DNA of 63,103 nucleotides, filler included, from Sphacelaria rigidula (Eukaryota): the NCBI GenBank assembly GCA_964200075.2. It is 9 parts of 9 records of this genome, joined end to end, with 100 filler letters (N's around TTAATTAATTAA, not from the genome) between each part and the next. Parts side by side here need not be neighbours in the genome. Positions count along the whole stretch, not along the records: positions 56,182 to 63,103 come from CAXNAA020017390.1; 8 more parts are not named here. The stretch is one strand, 5' to 3'. Positions 63,003 through 63,103 of the stretch are shown piece by piece. The notes below the pieces were generated by a model that searched no databases, was not told the DNA's origin, and was given only the letters and a program-made list of their open reading frames with translations. The position numbers and the translations under genes were made by a program. Numbering within the stretch: the first letter of the stretch is position 1; each line of letters starts with the position of its first letter.

Positions 63003-63103
63003 TACATAAGGGGCCCCTCGATCGCGTAGAAACAGCCAATCATCTATGTTGAGGATGGTGCTTTTGATTGAGGATGAGAACCCGGAGGATTAAAATCTTC
63101 GTA

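Overview
This window is not contiguous DNA. It is nine unrelated contigs of 6922-6923 bp joined by artificial 100-nt linkers (N44-TTAATTAATTAA-N44), so neighbourhood across linkers means nothing. The sequence is eukaryotic, repeat-rich and intron-rich, with short GC-rich exons and GT-AG sites. My inference from this style is a stramenopile, probably a brown alga. Recognisable gene pieces: the first exon of a mitoferrin-type mitochondrial carrier, the C-terminal regulatory exon of cystathionine beta-synthase, two exons of a CDPK/CaMK-type kinase, and two exons that splice into a Tudor domain. Most of the rest is mobile or repetitive DNA: a decayed LINE, a tRNA-headed SINE, three MITE families and arrays of palindromic ~41-43 bp units. 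The most interesting signal is a retrotransposon pair. The LINE appears to end in poly(C) rather than poly(A), and in one copy the tract lies inside a 16-bp target-site duplication. A ~570-620 bp non-coding element without a tRNA head shares the LINE's last ~80 nt and also sits at C-rich sites.
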